This document shows, piece after piece, positions 39,272-53,868 of a stretch of 64,000 nucleotides of DNA. The notes under the pieces were generated by a model. It had not been told where the DNA came from. It ran no database searches and saw only the letters and a program-made list of their open reading frames with translations. Origin of the DNA: a virus. Its lineage: Duplodnaviria; Caudoviricetes. How positions within the stretch are numbered: position 1 is the stretch's first letter; the number at the start of each line of letters is the position of its first letter. Location of the stretch: IMG/VR virus record IMGVR_UViG_3300021399_000106, positions 102,547 through 166,546 of that record. One strand, written 5' to 3'. The position numbers and the translations under genes were made by a program.

Positions 39272-41353
39272 ATGGCGTATAGTGATGATGTTATTAACCA
39301 AGCATCTCGTCAATCAGAAACTACAGGTGCACAAAAGCTAATAGTTGATGAAAAAGGTGTTTTAGGCACACTTCAAATGATTGAAGCTTATAAAGAACTT
39401 GCAGCAGAGTTATCAAAAACATTTAGTCTTGCAGATACTGTTTCAAAAAATGCCTTAAATACAGCACAAGAAATTGCTGAAACTGCTAATAAATATGAAA
39501 ATTTAGGTAAAACAGCAACTGCTAATCGAGTAGCTAGAAATACAAGTTATCAACAAGCTATAAAAGAGCAAAAAGATAAAGGTAATAATGTAGCAGCTTT
39601 AAGATTACAAAGAGATTTTGATCAGAAAAAACGTGAAGAAGATAGAAAATTCTATAACGAAATGATTGAACTCATGAAAGGTGCTTCAGATGAAGATAAG
39701 AAAAGTATAAGACAACAAATGACATCTTATTTCGGAAGCGAGGACGAGCTTAAGAAATTCGAAAAGCAAGAAAGTATAGGAAAAGCCTTAAAAATGGTTT
39801 CACAAAAATTAACTGCCTTTGCCAAAGAATTAGATGGAACAATTAAATCAGTTGCTAACTATAAAACGGCATGAGATACAAGATTATATGGTTCAGAAAA
39901 GAGCTTTCTTGGAATAGAAAATGTTATTAAATATGGAATTGGTGTTAGTCCATTTGTAAAACAATCTGCTGTTATGGATAAGTTAAACACTGCAATCAGC
40001 GAAGGTATTTCTTATAATATAGAGCAAAGAGCATTCCTAGATGTTTTAAAAGATGGTATAGCAACTACATTTGAGTCATTTGATACAACATTAAGAGACT
40101 TAGTCAGAGTTCAACAACAAGATTCTACAGCATATCGTTTAGGTATGGAAGCATCTTTAACAGAATACTTAAATAAAATGTTTGAAAATACAGAATATAT
40201 GAACAACTTAGCAAAAATAACATCTGCTAACTTATATGAAGCAACATCATTATTAGATTCAGCAGAATCTATTGGATATGAATATCAAATTCAAAAGTGA
40301 TTAGGTTCATTATACTCTGTAGGTATGTCAAGTGGTTCTGTTACAGCTATTTCAGATGCTTTAGGTAAACTATTATCAGGAGATATTTCAGGAACAGATA
40401 CTGGAGCAGGTAAATTATTAGTTATGGCTGCTGCTAACTCTGGAATTGATTATGCCAAACTATTAACTGATGGTATCAATGAATCTGACGTTAACTTATT
40501 ATTAGGTTCTATGGTTGGTTACTTACAACAAATAGCTAATGATAATAAAGTCGTTCAAAATCAGATGGCAGGAATTTTTGGTTTAAAAATATCTGATATT
40601 GAAGCTGCTCAAAACTTATCAGGATTTGTCAACAGTATCTTTGAACAAGATAAAAATTATAGTGCGAATACTGCTAATAATAAACTATTAAGTATGATGG
40701 GAACTTATATTACCCGTGCTAATGTTGGAAGTATGCTTGATACATTAATGGATAACTTTAAATATGTAACAGCTTCAAGTATTGCTGAAAACCCAGTATT
40801 ATATACTATTTATAGTATGGGTAATTTATTAGATGAAACTGTTAATGGTATTCCTATCCCATTCGTTGACACCTTCTTTGGAGGCGTTGACTTAGAGGCA
40901 ACTGTTGCCGACTTATTAAGGGTTGGTGCAATGAGTGGTACTATTCTGCAAGGAACTGCAGCTTTATTAACAGGATTAGCTGGAGGTATTTCTCCTTTAG
41001 CAACATATGGATTGTTATCAAGTAGCACAAGAGATTCTGTTCAAATTGGTAAAGGATTAGGATTAAAGGCTCAAGAAAATGATATTTCTAGTTTAGCATT
41101 AAATTATAAATCAAATTCTAATATGGACGATTTTACTTCAGCTAATAATGCTATGGCAGAAGAAAATAAAGAAGTGGCTAGAACGAATAGTACTCAAAAT
41201 GATGAAGATCAAACAGATTTAAACGATATAAATGATAATCAACTTCAAATAATAACATTGTTAAATGACCTTGTTGATGGAAGTAAAACAATTCATGTTG
41301 TTAATGATTACGTTATAGGTTCAAATCCTTGAACAGGAACTAAAATAGATTAA
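39272..41353 (+). CDS. Tape measure-like protein (three TGA=Trp)
   Basis: Three ORFs in one frame; helical Ala/Gly/Leu-rich; follows chaperone; GGAGG RBS. Confidence 0.75.
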
Positions 41354-41367
41354 TTAGGAGGTTTAAA

Positions 41368-42651
41368 ATGATTAAATTTGAAAGTGATAACATTGTAGTA
41401 GGTTATATAAAAAATTTATTAAATACATTTAACCTTCCTATACCAAAAATATACAACTATGAAGATAATAAATATGCTGTTGAAGGTCAAATCTATATTA
41501 AAGACGATTATATCTGTCAATATAGAAGAAAGAAAGCTTCAAGCGAATTAGAATTTAGACCTATTGTTAGATATGAGGAAGGACTTTATTATCCAAATTA
41601 TACCACAAATCTTAAATTTACAGGTATTACTTACGATTCAAATACTCATGAATATTTAGGAGAGTATTTAAGATTCATAAGAGATTATAAAGGTTTAGAT
41701 TTAATGTCATTATATAATTGTTATAGCAATAGATTTGCAAAGAATCTTGTATACCTAGAAAAAAATATAAACTCAGCTGATAAGAATTACAAGATTTTAA
41801 TGTTACCTGTTAAATTAAATAGAGAATACACTATAGCAATTGAATCTTCAGTTCCTTATGAAATATTCTGTAGCTGTTATGGTGTAACAAATTATAATTT
41901 AGATTTAATACAAGAAACATATACAGTGGAAGCAAGAAGTAACTTCTACGACCTTGTTTATTTCGATAAATTAAAAACTTTAATTGACAAGAATAAAGAT
42001 TTATATGATGATATTGCTAAATCAGAAAAAGATTTAAAGATGTTTATTAAAATACCTTCTTCAATAAAATCAAGTGTTGTTGTTTTAGAAGGTCATTACA
42101 CATCTAATATGTTTTCATTTAAAAAGTCAGTTAGCAATAGTGAATCTGTAGGTAAGCGTAGATATTATGACCCTTATCAACTTAACTATTGTAAAATGGT
42201 TTATAATTTTAATCCTGAAAAAGAAGCACTTGAAGATACTAATAATGAATATGATTATAAGACTTTAATAGCTAAGATGCCAACACGACATCAACTATTA
42301 CAATTAAATACAGGTACTAATTATCCATTTGCAGATAAGTTAATATCTTACTTATGTGACAATACAATATGTAAATTAGATACTATAAACGATAACATAA
42401 AAAGATTACAATGATATTTATATACACAATATACAGAAAATACGCATGATGGAAAGTGCGATATAAGTTATGGATTAAAAGATATTTCTTCAAATTATGG
42501 AATATGAGAGGATAAATATAATCTTGTAATTTATAACTTAGCAAAGGAAAAGAATTTAATTAACACAAAATTTGACATTCTTGGAAATGTAGATAGAGAT
42601 ATTGAAAAGTATGTTGATAAAGATTTTGATATATATTCTAAGGAGGATTAG
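41368..42651 (+). CDS. Putative virion/baseplate-associated protein (TGA=Trp)
   Basis: Extends to TAG 42649-42651; position in tail operon. Confidence 0.6.
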
Positions 42652-42654
42652 TTT

Positions 42655-43308
42655 ATGTCTGAATATGAACAATGAAATTTACCTAATAACTACATTTATA
42701 TATCACATTTAAAAGGTGAAATAAGTACTTGAAGAGATTCAAATGGCGACATACATAATGAAGTTATAGACGAGCCTTATTTTATAATCCCAACATATCC
42801 TGATTCAATAGCAGATAGCTTGGAATCAAGATTTGATCAATCTAATGCTTTATCTAGATCTGCTCCTGTTTATACATATTCATATTCAGGACCAAGACAA
42901 GTTCAATTTACATTTAAACTTCATAGAGATATGATGGAGCAATTTAATCAAGGTGTAAGTAACTATAAATTAGGCGAAGGCGAAGATTATGTTGATGGTT
43001 TAATAAGATGCTTACAATCAATAGCTGTTCCAAGATATAACTTATCAAATAAATTAGTAGAGCCACCATTAGTTGCTGTAAGAATTTCTAATGATATATT
43101 TATTAAAGGAATTGTTAATGGCGGTGTTACAGTTAACTATGAAAAACCTCTATTATATCCTGACGGAAGATATGCTGTAATGAGTGTTACATTTACAGTT
43201 TCAGAAGTAGATCCATATGATTCTACAACAGTATTTAAGAATGGTTCATTCAGAGGAATTACAGCTGCAATGAAACCAAATATGGGGTTTAAAACCGATA
43301 ACAACTAA
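42655..43308 (+). CDS. Tube-initiator-like baseplate protein (TGA=Trp)
   Basis: PTYPDSIADS, RSAPVYTYSYSGPRQV.FTF, PPLVAVRI, TFTVSE. Confidence 0.65.
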
Positions 43309-43326
43309 TAGGAGGTATACTTTATT

Positions 43327-43653
43327 ATGGATGTATTAAAAAATAAAAGCTTCGGTAAATTTGACTATATATGCAGGTTTGCAGGCGTACCATATTACTA
43401 TCATACTTTAGATGATAAGTATATTTATGGTTTAACTTCAAATTTAAAGAAGGATGTTCCTTATACTTTACACGAAGTAAAACCTACAGATACATTAGAT
43501 AAATTAGCTTTAGCTTACTATAATAATCCAACTTTATATTGAATTATAGCTCTTTTCAATGATATTCAAGATGCTTTCATTAATTTATCTGATTACTATA
43601 AAGTAATAAGAATACCTAATTACACTACTCTTGAATTTGGAGATGAGAGATAA
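43327..43653 (+). CDS. LysM-like baseplate wedge protein (T4 gp53/P2 gpX-like) (TGA=Trp)
   Basis: VKPTDTLDKLALAYYNNPTLY-W-IIALFND...IRIP. Confidence 0.8.
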
Positions 43654-44954
43654 TGGCATATTGGCATGATAAAAACTTAATATCTACCACTAACAGAGTA
43701 GAAATTCCATATATTAAAGTTACGATTGGAAGTTATACTTTTGGATGTGCTACAAAACAAACAGCATATGTAAAAACTGCTGATGGATGAGAACAAAAAG
43801 CAGGTATAAAATATCCAAATTTTATACAGAGTTTAAATATTACAAAAATTAATGGTCAAGTAAATGAATACTCCTTATCTATAGTATATCCAATTAGACC
43901 AGGAGATGACCCTAACTTTTTTGAAAAGGTATTTTCAAGTGTAAGTGACACAAGAAAAATAGTATTTACTTATGGAGATATGTCAGCACCTGAATATGTT
44001 TATAGAGATGAACAAGCATTAATAATTGATGTTGACGAAGATATAAGTGTAGAAACATCTAAAATTAGCTATACAGTTAAAGCAATTTCATCTTGTACAT
44101 TAGGTTATTCAGGTAATCATAGATTTCCTTACTATGCAAAAGCAAAGCCTAGCGATTTAATTAAGCAGTTACTTTCTGATCCAAAGTATGGTTTAAATAA
44201 GCTATTCTATGGAATGAATCCTTGAAAAAAGGTCGAGCAACTAGGTCTAATAGCATCAGATGACCAAGAGGTAGAAATTAGAGCTCAGAATAATATTAGT
44301 GCTATGGATTATTTAAATTTTTTAGTTGATTCTATGATTCCTATTGGAGTAGAAAATACAAAAACAAAATTACAATCCTTTTACGTAGTAACAATTCACG
44401 ATGAAGCTGAAAATGAAACAATTAACGGTGTTGCAATGAGAACTCTTGGCGGTCCTTATATTAAAGTTACAAAAGTAACTAAAAATGTAAATAGACCGGA
44501 TGCTTATAATCTTACTATTGGTTATCCAACAGCTAATATTATTATAGGTTTCAAGATACAGAATAATGAAGCATATTCTATTTATTTTAATTGACAAAGC
44601 GAATTAAGTACAACAGACCTAGTACAAAGAATAAACGATGATGGTGAAATAGAGGAGTTATATTCTCCTAGAATATCTTCAAAAAATAGTCAAAGTTATA
44701 CTAGAGCAGACGATAAAACATGGTGAAGTAAGGTTACACAATACCCTATTTCAGCAACATTAACAGTAAAAGGATTATTAAGACCTGCATTATTAATGCA
44801 ATATATTAGAATAGACACACTATTCCACGGAAAGAAACATAATAGTTCAGGATTATATATAATAACAAAACAACAAGATACCATCGGATTCAATGGTTAC
44901 AAAACAGTATTATCATTAACAAGAATAGATGGATCAGATATGGAGATTAGTTAG
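43653..44954 (+). CDS. Baseplate hub protein (gp27/gpD-like) (TGA=Trp)
   Basis: Fragments in frame; C-terminal ATLTVKG..., SGLYIIT, GYKTVLSL. Confidence 0.7.
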
Positions 44955-44955
44955 T

Positions 44956-45765
44956 ATGATTCAAAGAGGAATTGTTTGAGATTATGGAAAAACAGTAAAT
45001 AAATTGCTAGTAAGAATACCTTACTTTGAAAAAGCAGGAGATGATATGGCAATATTTGAATGCTTAATTGCTGTACCATCAGGAACAATTCCTGTTTATA
45101 AGAAGAAAGATATTGTTTATGTGGATTTTGAAAATAATGATTTAAATTTTCCTGTTGTGGTATCTAAACTTTTTACAAATAATTTTGATTATGAAGATAA
45201 TCTTAATTCTTTATATTCTGAATCTTTAAAAGTTAATGGTCCAGTATTATTAAGTGCAGATTTTAAAGTAGGAGATATAACATATTCCGACTTATACTAC
45301 TGTAAAAAGGCTATACAGGAATTAACTGGAAATGCAGAATTAGTTGATAGAATAGAGGTATGAAAAAATAATTCTACAACAGCACCTGAGCCTGAAACAA
45401 ATATTATTATACCTCAAACAAGTATTGATTTTAGATATTTAGTTATTGAATATAGAAATTTTATAGAAAGTGAATCTCAAAATTTCATAGCTAAAAAATT
45501 TATATTTAATGCATACAACTATGATACTTCTAAAAGATTTAATTTAACAGATTCTAATATGATAACATCTGACGAATCTAATTTAAAAGTAATGTTTTAT
45601 GAAAGACCTTTTGTAATAAGCACCTTTTTAGATTCTCAAGGAAATAAAAGAATAAAAATAAACTTTATGACTTGTACTTACGGAGAAATTGGAAGCGACG
45701 TATATGAGGATAGCGATAGAGAGTATTTAGTTCCAATGGCTATATACTTAACTAATAATATATAA
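44956..45765 (+). CDS. Baseplate spike/gpV-like protein with OB-fold N-terminus (TGA=Trp)
   Basis: GIV...VRIP...DIVYVDFENNDLNFPVV; between hub and gp25-like. Confidence 0.65.
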
Positions 45766-45807
45766 TAAATTAACTAAATTAAATGATATGTATAATTGGA
45801 GGTAAAT

Positions 45808-46182
45808 ATGAAAAGTATTGAATTTCCAAAAATGTTAAATAGTAATTCAACTAGAACAGTTACCGATTTAGAAGCAACTAAACAAAATAGTTTATTATTA
45901 CTTCAAGTTGAAGAAGGCGAAATGTTTGGAGATCCTTTTTTTGGAATCGCTCTTAAGAAATATTTATTTAATCAAAATAATGTAATATTAAAGGATATTC
46001 TAATAGATAATATATATACTAAATTAGCAATATTTATGCCACAATTTAAAGTTAATAGGTCAGATATTAAATTAATATTTGACAAAGGTAGATTATATTG
46101 TAGATTTAAAGCAGTTAATCAATCTAATATGAAACTTGATGAATATGCATTAGTTTTATATTATGACGAAAATAGTAAATAG
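45808..46182 (+). CDS. gp25/gpW-like baseplate wedge protein
   Basis: LLL..EGEMFGDPFFG..L..YLF; GGAGG RBS; ACTAAATTA at 45773-45781. Confidence 0.8.
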   Translation: MKSIEFPKMLNSNSTRTVTDLEATKQNSLLLLQVEEGEMFGDPFFGIALKKYLFNQNNVILKDILIDNIYTKLAIFMPQFKVNRSDIKLIFDKGRLYCRFKAVNQSNMKLDEYALVLYYDENSK

Positions 46183-46197
46183 AAAGGTTAGAGATTT

Positions 46198-49100
46198 ATG
46201 ATAACAACATCAGATTTAAATATTAATAACAAAAGTTATATTAAAAAGGATTTTTATCAGATATATCCTGAAATTGTTGATTTAGTAAAAGAATTAACTG
46301 AATATTGAGATCCAGAAAATACAAATGAATCAGATCCAGGTGTAGTTCTTTTAAAAATAGCAGCTTTCGTTGCAGATAAGTTAAACTATAACATTGATAA
46401 AAATATACTAGAAGCATTTATAACATCTGCGACACAAGAAGAAGCAGTTAGAAAAATTTGTGAATTAATGGGTTATAATATGAAATATTATAATTCTGCA
46501 ACAACAGAAGTTTCTTTCATGTGAACAGGAGAAGAACTTCCTGAAACATCAGAAGAAGCTGTTGAAAATGGAGATAGTATTACATTACCTTGATTCGATA
46601 CAAAGTTAACTAATGAAGCAGGAGACATTATTTACACACTAGTTAATACAGTTGTATTAAATAGAAGATATGTTGTTAATAATACTGCTAGAGCTATTCA
46701 AGGAGATGTTGTTGACCTTGAAATAAATGAAGATAATGTATTAACGGCTGATAATCTTGATAGTAGAAATAGATTCTATTTACCTGAATTAGCAATAGCT
46801 GAAAATGGTATTTGAATATTTAACAAAGAAGATATTTCTGAAGACGGAGTTTGAACAAGAATCGATAACTTAAATACAGAAATTTTAGGAAAAACAGTAT
46901 GGAAATTCGGATACGATTCTAAATTAAATAAACCTTATATTCAATTTCCAAGTGATATTGTTTCATTAATGAAGAATGGCTTAGTAATAAAATATGCTAG
47001 AACAGCTGGTAAAAATGGTAATATAAAAGCCAATACTTTAACAAAACTTCAAAATCAAACATTATATACAAAAAACAATCTTGATAATCCAATTCAAGAT
47101 GTAGAGGCAAAATTACTTGTAAAAAATTTAAGTGCCACAACTAATGGTACAGATATTGAAACAATTGATGAAGCATATGAAAATTACAAAAAAACAATAG
47201 GTATATTTGATACTCTAGTTACATGCAGAGATTATGCAGCAGCTATCTATAAGATGGTATTCGATGAAAAATTAAATAATAACCCAATTGTTTCTAATTG
47301 TCAAGTATCTGATATTAGAAGTGATATCAATTTTGCTAATAATGTTGTTAAATATGGCAATTTAGGAACATACTATGAAGATGTTGCTGAAACAGAGCAG
47401 AAAGAAATTACCGCAAAATTAAAAAGTTCAGGTGAAGAAACTCAAGTATATATTGAATCACCAAAAATTAGTGATTATGATTTGTTATTATATCCATTAA
47501 ATCCTATATATAATTCATATAATGAAAACACTTTTGTTAATTCTTTTACTCCGTTAGTAGATAATACAGATTCTGTAGCTACTATAAAAAGACAATTACT
47601 TCCTTACAAAACAATTTCTCATAAGATAAAGCAAGTTTCAGATATAGATAATTCAGGAAACAACATTTATCTATATAAGAATCTATATAAGTTAAATGCA
47701 AAAGTAATTACACAAAATAAAGTAAATACATTTGAACAAGAGGAAATAAGACAAAATATATTCAAGGCACTTTATGAGAATTTTAACCCAAGACATCTTG
47801 AGTATGGAGAAGAAATTCCTTATGATAGACTTTTATCTGTTATGGAAAAGGCTGATCCTAGAATTAAGTTAGTTAATTTAGATGAACCTGTTATTCAAAG
47901 TTACTATATGACAGATGATGGAGAAGATCATTTATTATATTCAAATACACAAGCAGCTTCTTCAGACGGATACTTGAAAATGGTAGCAAAGAATATTCTT
48001 GGCGCAAGAATTCCTTTATTTGATTATAATAAAGATATTACAGTGTCATTTGATTGCACAAATGTTGAAAATATGCCTATATATGATAGATCTTACGGAT
48101 CTAAGAATATATACTTTGATGGTAGCGCAGGACTTACTGTTGACAACTGTTCTATAACTCATGCAACTACACACATTGATTTATCAAATGTATTAGAGTC
48201 TAGTTACAAACTAGATGACAATGAGGTAGTACAATTAGTAACAGGAAGATTAGTTACAGATTATGCTTATCCTTTATATACTAATTACTTTATCAAGTTA
48301 AATTCAGAAAGTGAAGATTTATCAAACACTTATATTAAAGCAAATTTACCATATAAATTAAAACAAGGTGAAATTTTATATATAAATTATACTGATGGTG
48401 ATGATAATAAAGAATACTGAATTGAATACTCAAGTGACAATAAGAAAACAATTGTTAATGGTGTTGAAAAAAATGAAAAATTCTGTGGTATAATTCAAAC
48501 TAATTTTGATTTATATGATTCAAAATATAGTGCCGTAAATAAATGCAAGAAATATAGTAAGAAAAAAGAGTCAATATTACCTGAATGAGCTACTGTTGAA
48601 GGAATGTTCTCTTTACAAACTACGGAAGAGATTGATATTATGTCTTATGCATTTACTCAATTAGAAAGCGATACAGCATATTTATACTGAATAGCTAATA
48701 ATAACAATACATTAACTTTCCTTAAATATAAAGTAGAAACAAATTATGTAGTTTACAGTTATATACTAGATGATGGCGAATATATTTTCTATACAGACAG
48801 TTCAAAAACAAATTTAATTACTATAGGTTCAGGAAATAGAATTAATATAAGAAAAGCAATAACTTCTTCTAGTAATATTCTTGATAGTATTACTTGATAC
48901 TATAATACTTCTAGTGCTGTAATTTCTGCAGATTCTGTTATGGAAAAAGGTATAGGAGCATTCTCTGACATTGACTGAGTAGTAAAACATTTCTCTAAAG
49001 ATGAATGATTACAAGTTGATCAAATGGAGATTAGAACTATTTCAAGTGGAAGAACTATTAATGAATTAAAATTAATTTTCGATGATGGAGACGATGAATT

Positions 49101-50199
49101 TGAAAGCTCAAAATGAAGATTACTAGATAAAATTACATATGATGACGCTTATTCTATCGAGACAACTGATGCACAGAAATGATTTATTAGACCTATGTTA
49201 AACTTGAATATCGGACCTAATAAAATTCAAAAGATAAAATCAAATCATGCTATTTCATTTTATACAAGTTGATATTATTTAAAAGATGATGAAACCAAAA
49301 CTCCAATTCCAAATAACAAGATTTATGATTATTTAAAATATAATCCTAGTAAAATTGAGGAAAACATATATATACAAACACCTATAATACGTATTACAGA
49401 CTTAGGAGATTCTGGCGATGAAACATTTATGGCAATTAAATCTAACCTAAATGTTCAAAGAAGTGGTGGAACATTATTCTCATTACATACATCAGGAATA
49501 AATGCTTCAAAGTATGATAATCTATCAATATTTACTATTGACACACAATTGTCAGACATTATTGCAACACCACGAGAAAGTACAGAAAAAGTAGAACTTA
49601 ATTCCGCTGATATTAACTTTACTGAATATTCATCTGCAACTTTCCCTATATATGTTCCAAATAATAATTATAACATAATATCTATATACTACAGTGCTAA
49701 TAGCGATGTTGAAAAATTTGAAATTAAAGTTAATAATGGAAGATTTATTGAATATACACACTTATTCGACGACAATATTCAATATAATACTTCTAAGAAA
49801 TACACAAGAGGATTACATCATTTTGTAATATTTAGAGATTCCAATGAACACTGCACTATGGAATTATCATCAGCATATAAAGGAACAAAAGCTATTGTTG
49901 TTGCTAATAAGTTAGTTCAATACAAAAAAACAGAATATAAAGGTTTAAATTATAAGGCATTTAACTTAATATCTCCTAATGATTACAAAACTTTATTCAA
50001 TACATATATAAAGAATCAAGATAATTTCTACGCAACTGTTGATATTGAAAATAATATGCTATTAGATTTTGATAACTTAACAGATCCATATTGTTTATTT
50101 AATTATAATAATATTATTAATCATTTTGTATTATCTGAGCTTGATGTTGACTCGTTTGATAACATACAGATAGCTACCTCTTCAAAGGTGAATAGATAA
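46198..50199 (+). CDS. Large baseplate wedge protein (T4 gp6/gpJ-like N-terminus) (many TGA=Trp)
   Basis: KDFYQI...W...ESDPGVVLL..AAFVADKLNYNID, LMGY, GNI, NGTDIET, LVTCRDY; single frame of 1333 aa. Confidence 0.8.
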
Positions 50200-50212
50200 G
50201 GAGGTATTATAT

Positions 50213-51064
50213 ATGATAAAAAATCAAAACATGATACCTGAAGTTTACTATAAGAAATCTAGGGATTTTCAATTATTTGGTAGACTTTATGATGTTGTAT
50301 TTAATTATTTAAAAAATAACACATTAACAATTGATGATTTAAATACTAACACAAATCCTAATCAAAATGTACTAGAGTTATTATGTCAAACTTTAGGATT
50401 TAAGATAAAACATGATTATAATAATGATGAATTAAGTGCATTATGCTCAATATTCTTAACTTGTATGAAAAATAAAGGAAATCAAAAAGCTATATCCTTA
50501 CTTCTAAATATGATTTGTAACATTCAAGGATCTGAATCTGAGCCAAGTATTGAATATGATAAGGACGATGGAGAAGGAAATGTAATCGATATCGCCTTAT
50601 CAGTTCCTTCTAATATAACTGACTTTAGTTTAATTAGAGATGTTTTAGACTACATATTACCTAGTGGTTCAATTTATATTTTAACTCGACAAACTACATA
50701 TAAATATGATAATATTGAGGATGAATTTGGTACAACTGACGAATTAGAGTTAAACAAAGAAAGAATATTATTATGGAATCCTTCATCTTCAGGTATAATT
50801 AAGCTAAATAACGATGGCAAAGTTATTAGTAATAACATCCCACTTGATGATACTACAGGAGAGCAACAGCCTGCAGTGGATAGCTTAGATAAAGATAATG
50901 CAGATATTTCGTCTGTTTACTCGCAAATACTTACATTCAACTATGATGGCAACAGCGAAGACATAAAAGCTCAATCTGATAATATAAGTAAGAAATTAAA
51001 TGAAGCTAGAACTGAAATAACAACTAGTACTAATGAAAATAATGAGGAAGAAGGTAATCAATAA
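50213..51064 (+). CDS. Baseplate wedge protein (gpI/gp7-like)
   Basis: Follows gp6-like; PEVYY, LELL..TLGF, KGNQKAI, ILPSG. Confidence 0.65.
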   Translation: MIKNQNMIPEVYYKKSRDFQLFGRLYDVVFNYLKNNTLTIDDLNTNTNPNQNVLELLCQTLGFKIKHDYNNDELSALCSIFLTCMKNKGNQKAISLLLNMICNIQGSESEPSIEYDKDDGEGNVIDIALSVPSNITDFSLIRDVLDYILPSGSIYILTRQTTYKYDNIEDEFGTTDELELNKERILLWNPSSSGIIKLNNDGKVISNNIPLDDTTGEQQPAVDSLDKDNADISSVYSQILTFNYDGNSEDIKAQSDNISKKLNEARTEITTSTNENNEEEGNQ

Positions 51065-51714
51065 TGATTAATGAAGATTATATTAAATACTCAGGCGAAG
51101 TTACAGTTCGCATAATGAGACGAAGCGAAGTATTATATGAAAAGGTATTTCATAATAAAGGCAGAAAACCTTTATTCAGACACATTGCAAATTGTTTAGC
51201 AGGAAATTATATTTCAGCAGAGGAAGATAGACCTGTAGTTCTTAATATATTTTCTGTTCCTTATTCAGACACAGAATCAGGAAAGAATCCTGAATCAAAA
51301 GCATCATTTGATATAAAAAATTATGCGAAGGTAGATAACTTAGCGAATTCCGTAGTAGTTACATTTATTAAAAAACCAGAACTTCTTTACACTAAACTAT
51401 CTGATGTTAATTATGATAAAAAATCAGGTGTAAAATATTACTTTTCAGTTCCTTTTACATCGTTAACATCTTTCGATGGATCTAATAGAGGCTGAAGTGG
51501 CTATAAAATAGCTCCTTTAAACCTTGTTGCATTATATTCAAAAGGTAACGCAACTAATTACACAGATCCTTCAGCATATTTCTTTATAACAGATATATCA
51601 GATAACTTAACTAGTTTACTTCCAAAAGAAATTTCTTCATCCATAGGAGATTATAGTTTAACTATAGAGTGAAAATTAACAATTACAAATGCAAGTACAA
51701 CTGTTAATAACTAA
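51064..51714 (+). CDS. Baseplate/tail fibre attachment protein (TGA=Trp)
   Basis: G.V.V...HNKG N-terminus; ...TIE-W-KLTI C-terminus. Confidence 0.55.
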
Positions 51715-51755
51715 ATTAATTATAAGAGATAATCTTTTAAAAGGAGATTGAGATA

Positions 51756-53771
51756 ATGAGTTTTGTAAAAAGCAAGAATATAAAATTCTATCCTACGGGA
51801 TATAGAGGAAATATACATATTGGTGAAGAATATTATTCATTTGATCCTGAAAGTAAATTAAATACTGAAGATAACAGTAGAAGAGCTTTTAATACATTAA
51901 TTAACTATGAAGATAAGTCTGTTTATAAAAATAAAGGAGATTTAGTTATAACAGCCGATTATGATTGACAATCATGCTTACCAGATCAAGAACATCAATT
52001 AGATTATGCTTATAATAATTTTGAGTTTATTATTGATGGATATTATGTTAAAATAATAGATAGCTATGAAGCATTCAAGGATTTACTAACTTCATCTACA
52101 CAAGAAGTTTATGCTATATTAAGAGTTACTAACAAGGGTTTAAAAGAACCAGAATCAAAAAATCAATCATCAGAAGACATTGATGTTAATAATACAGGAA
52201 TCATTGGAAATGCAGCTGTTTCCTTATCATCAATGTCAACACAAAGTTATTCGCCTTCAGTTGTAGATGATGCACAATCAGGAAGAGAAATTTCAAATTT
52301 AGATATCAAGAATAACGAAGATGTTAGTGAATTTACAGCTATTGATTTTGTAACAACTCTTCCTACATCAACAACAAATTTACATATATTTAAAATATTA
52401 GAAAAAAACGGTAATACATGAGTAGTTCCTAATTCAGCCAAAATGTTAGTTGCATTAGACGATATTTATGGTGGAGATGCTTTAGATGCTGCCAGTAAGA
52501 CTATAAAAACTGATACTGTAAAATCTACTACCGTAAAAACCACAAATACCGTTACCGAATATATAACAAAAGATACAACAGTTGCCGAAGGTAATAAATC
52601 ATATATAAAATTAGCTGATGACTACATAAGAATAAACAGACAGAATGACGATTTAGCATTAAGTTCTAAAATTGATGTAAAAACAAATGAAATACAACTT
52701 GAACAGGGTACATCATATGGTAATTCTCATATTCGAATATCAAAAAATGGCGAGGATAACTCAATTATAGAACTCTCTGCTGATGGTTATGGTGATTTTG
52801 ACCCTTCTTGAATACAAATGAAAAAGGGACAAATACAATTAGCTCAAGGTCCTGGAGATAATGAAATTTTATTAACAGATACAACTGAAGGTAATAAAAT
52901 AGAAATTCATTCTAAAGATAATATAGATATCGGTATAAATGAATCTTCCTTAAATTATTTATATTTAACTAAAAATGATGGTAGTAATGCAAATTTCTAT
53001 AAAGCATATAGCATAGATAATACTAATTCAGAGGATACTGATTATGTAAAAAGTTCAATGAACGTAAGTCAACGTAATATGTACCTATCTAGTTCTCGAG
53101 AAGGTGAAAAAAACGGTAGTGCCTCTATTCAAATATATTCGCTTCAAAATGAAAATATCTGACCAATGATTCCAGGAATACTTTTGAAATCAACTTCTGA
53201 AGGTATCTTAAAATCCTCTGAAATAACATCAGAAAAGGTCGAAACTCCTTTAGTTTATTTAAAAGATGAAACACTTTATTTTGGAGCTGAAAATGACACA
53301 ACTCCTTATACAAATTTACCACGTATACGTTGAGTTGAGAGTAGTCCATATAGTTATTTCAAATTCGAGAATGTAGGTCAGGCAACTAATATTAGTGCAG
53401 CTAGAGTTGCAATAAATGATACTGTAAATGGTAACTATCGATTATCCGTTACAGGTGATGCTAAATTTGTTGGTCAAGTTCAAGCCAATTCATTCTATGC
53501 AACATCAGACAGAAGATTAAAGAAGAATATACAACCTTTTGAATATGATAAATCAATATTAGATTTACCTGTTTATACATATAATTATATAAATGATAAT
53601 AAGAAACAAATTGGATGTATGGCTCAGGATTTACAAGAATTATATCCTGAATTAGTTAATGAAAATGATAAAGGTTATTTAAGTGTAGATAATAGTAAAG
53701 TGGTATATTTATTATTAGAGGAAGTCAAACTACTAAAAAAGGAAATTGAAGATTTAAAAAAATCTAAATAG
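51756..53771 (+). CDS. Tail fibre/spike with C-terminal intramolecular chaperone (peptidase S74) (TGA=Trp)
   Basis: Four ORF fragments in frame; SDRRLKKNI, IGCMAQDLQELYPELV, coiled-coil end. Confidence 0.85.
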
Positions 53772-53868
53772 AAAAAATAAATATAAATATTTATACTAAA
53801 TTAAATGATATATAACTAAATATATTATTTTGATTTAGTATTTTTATTTTTGTGAAGGAGTAGAAGAG

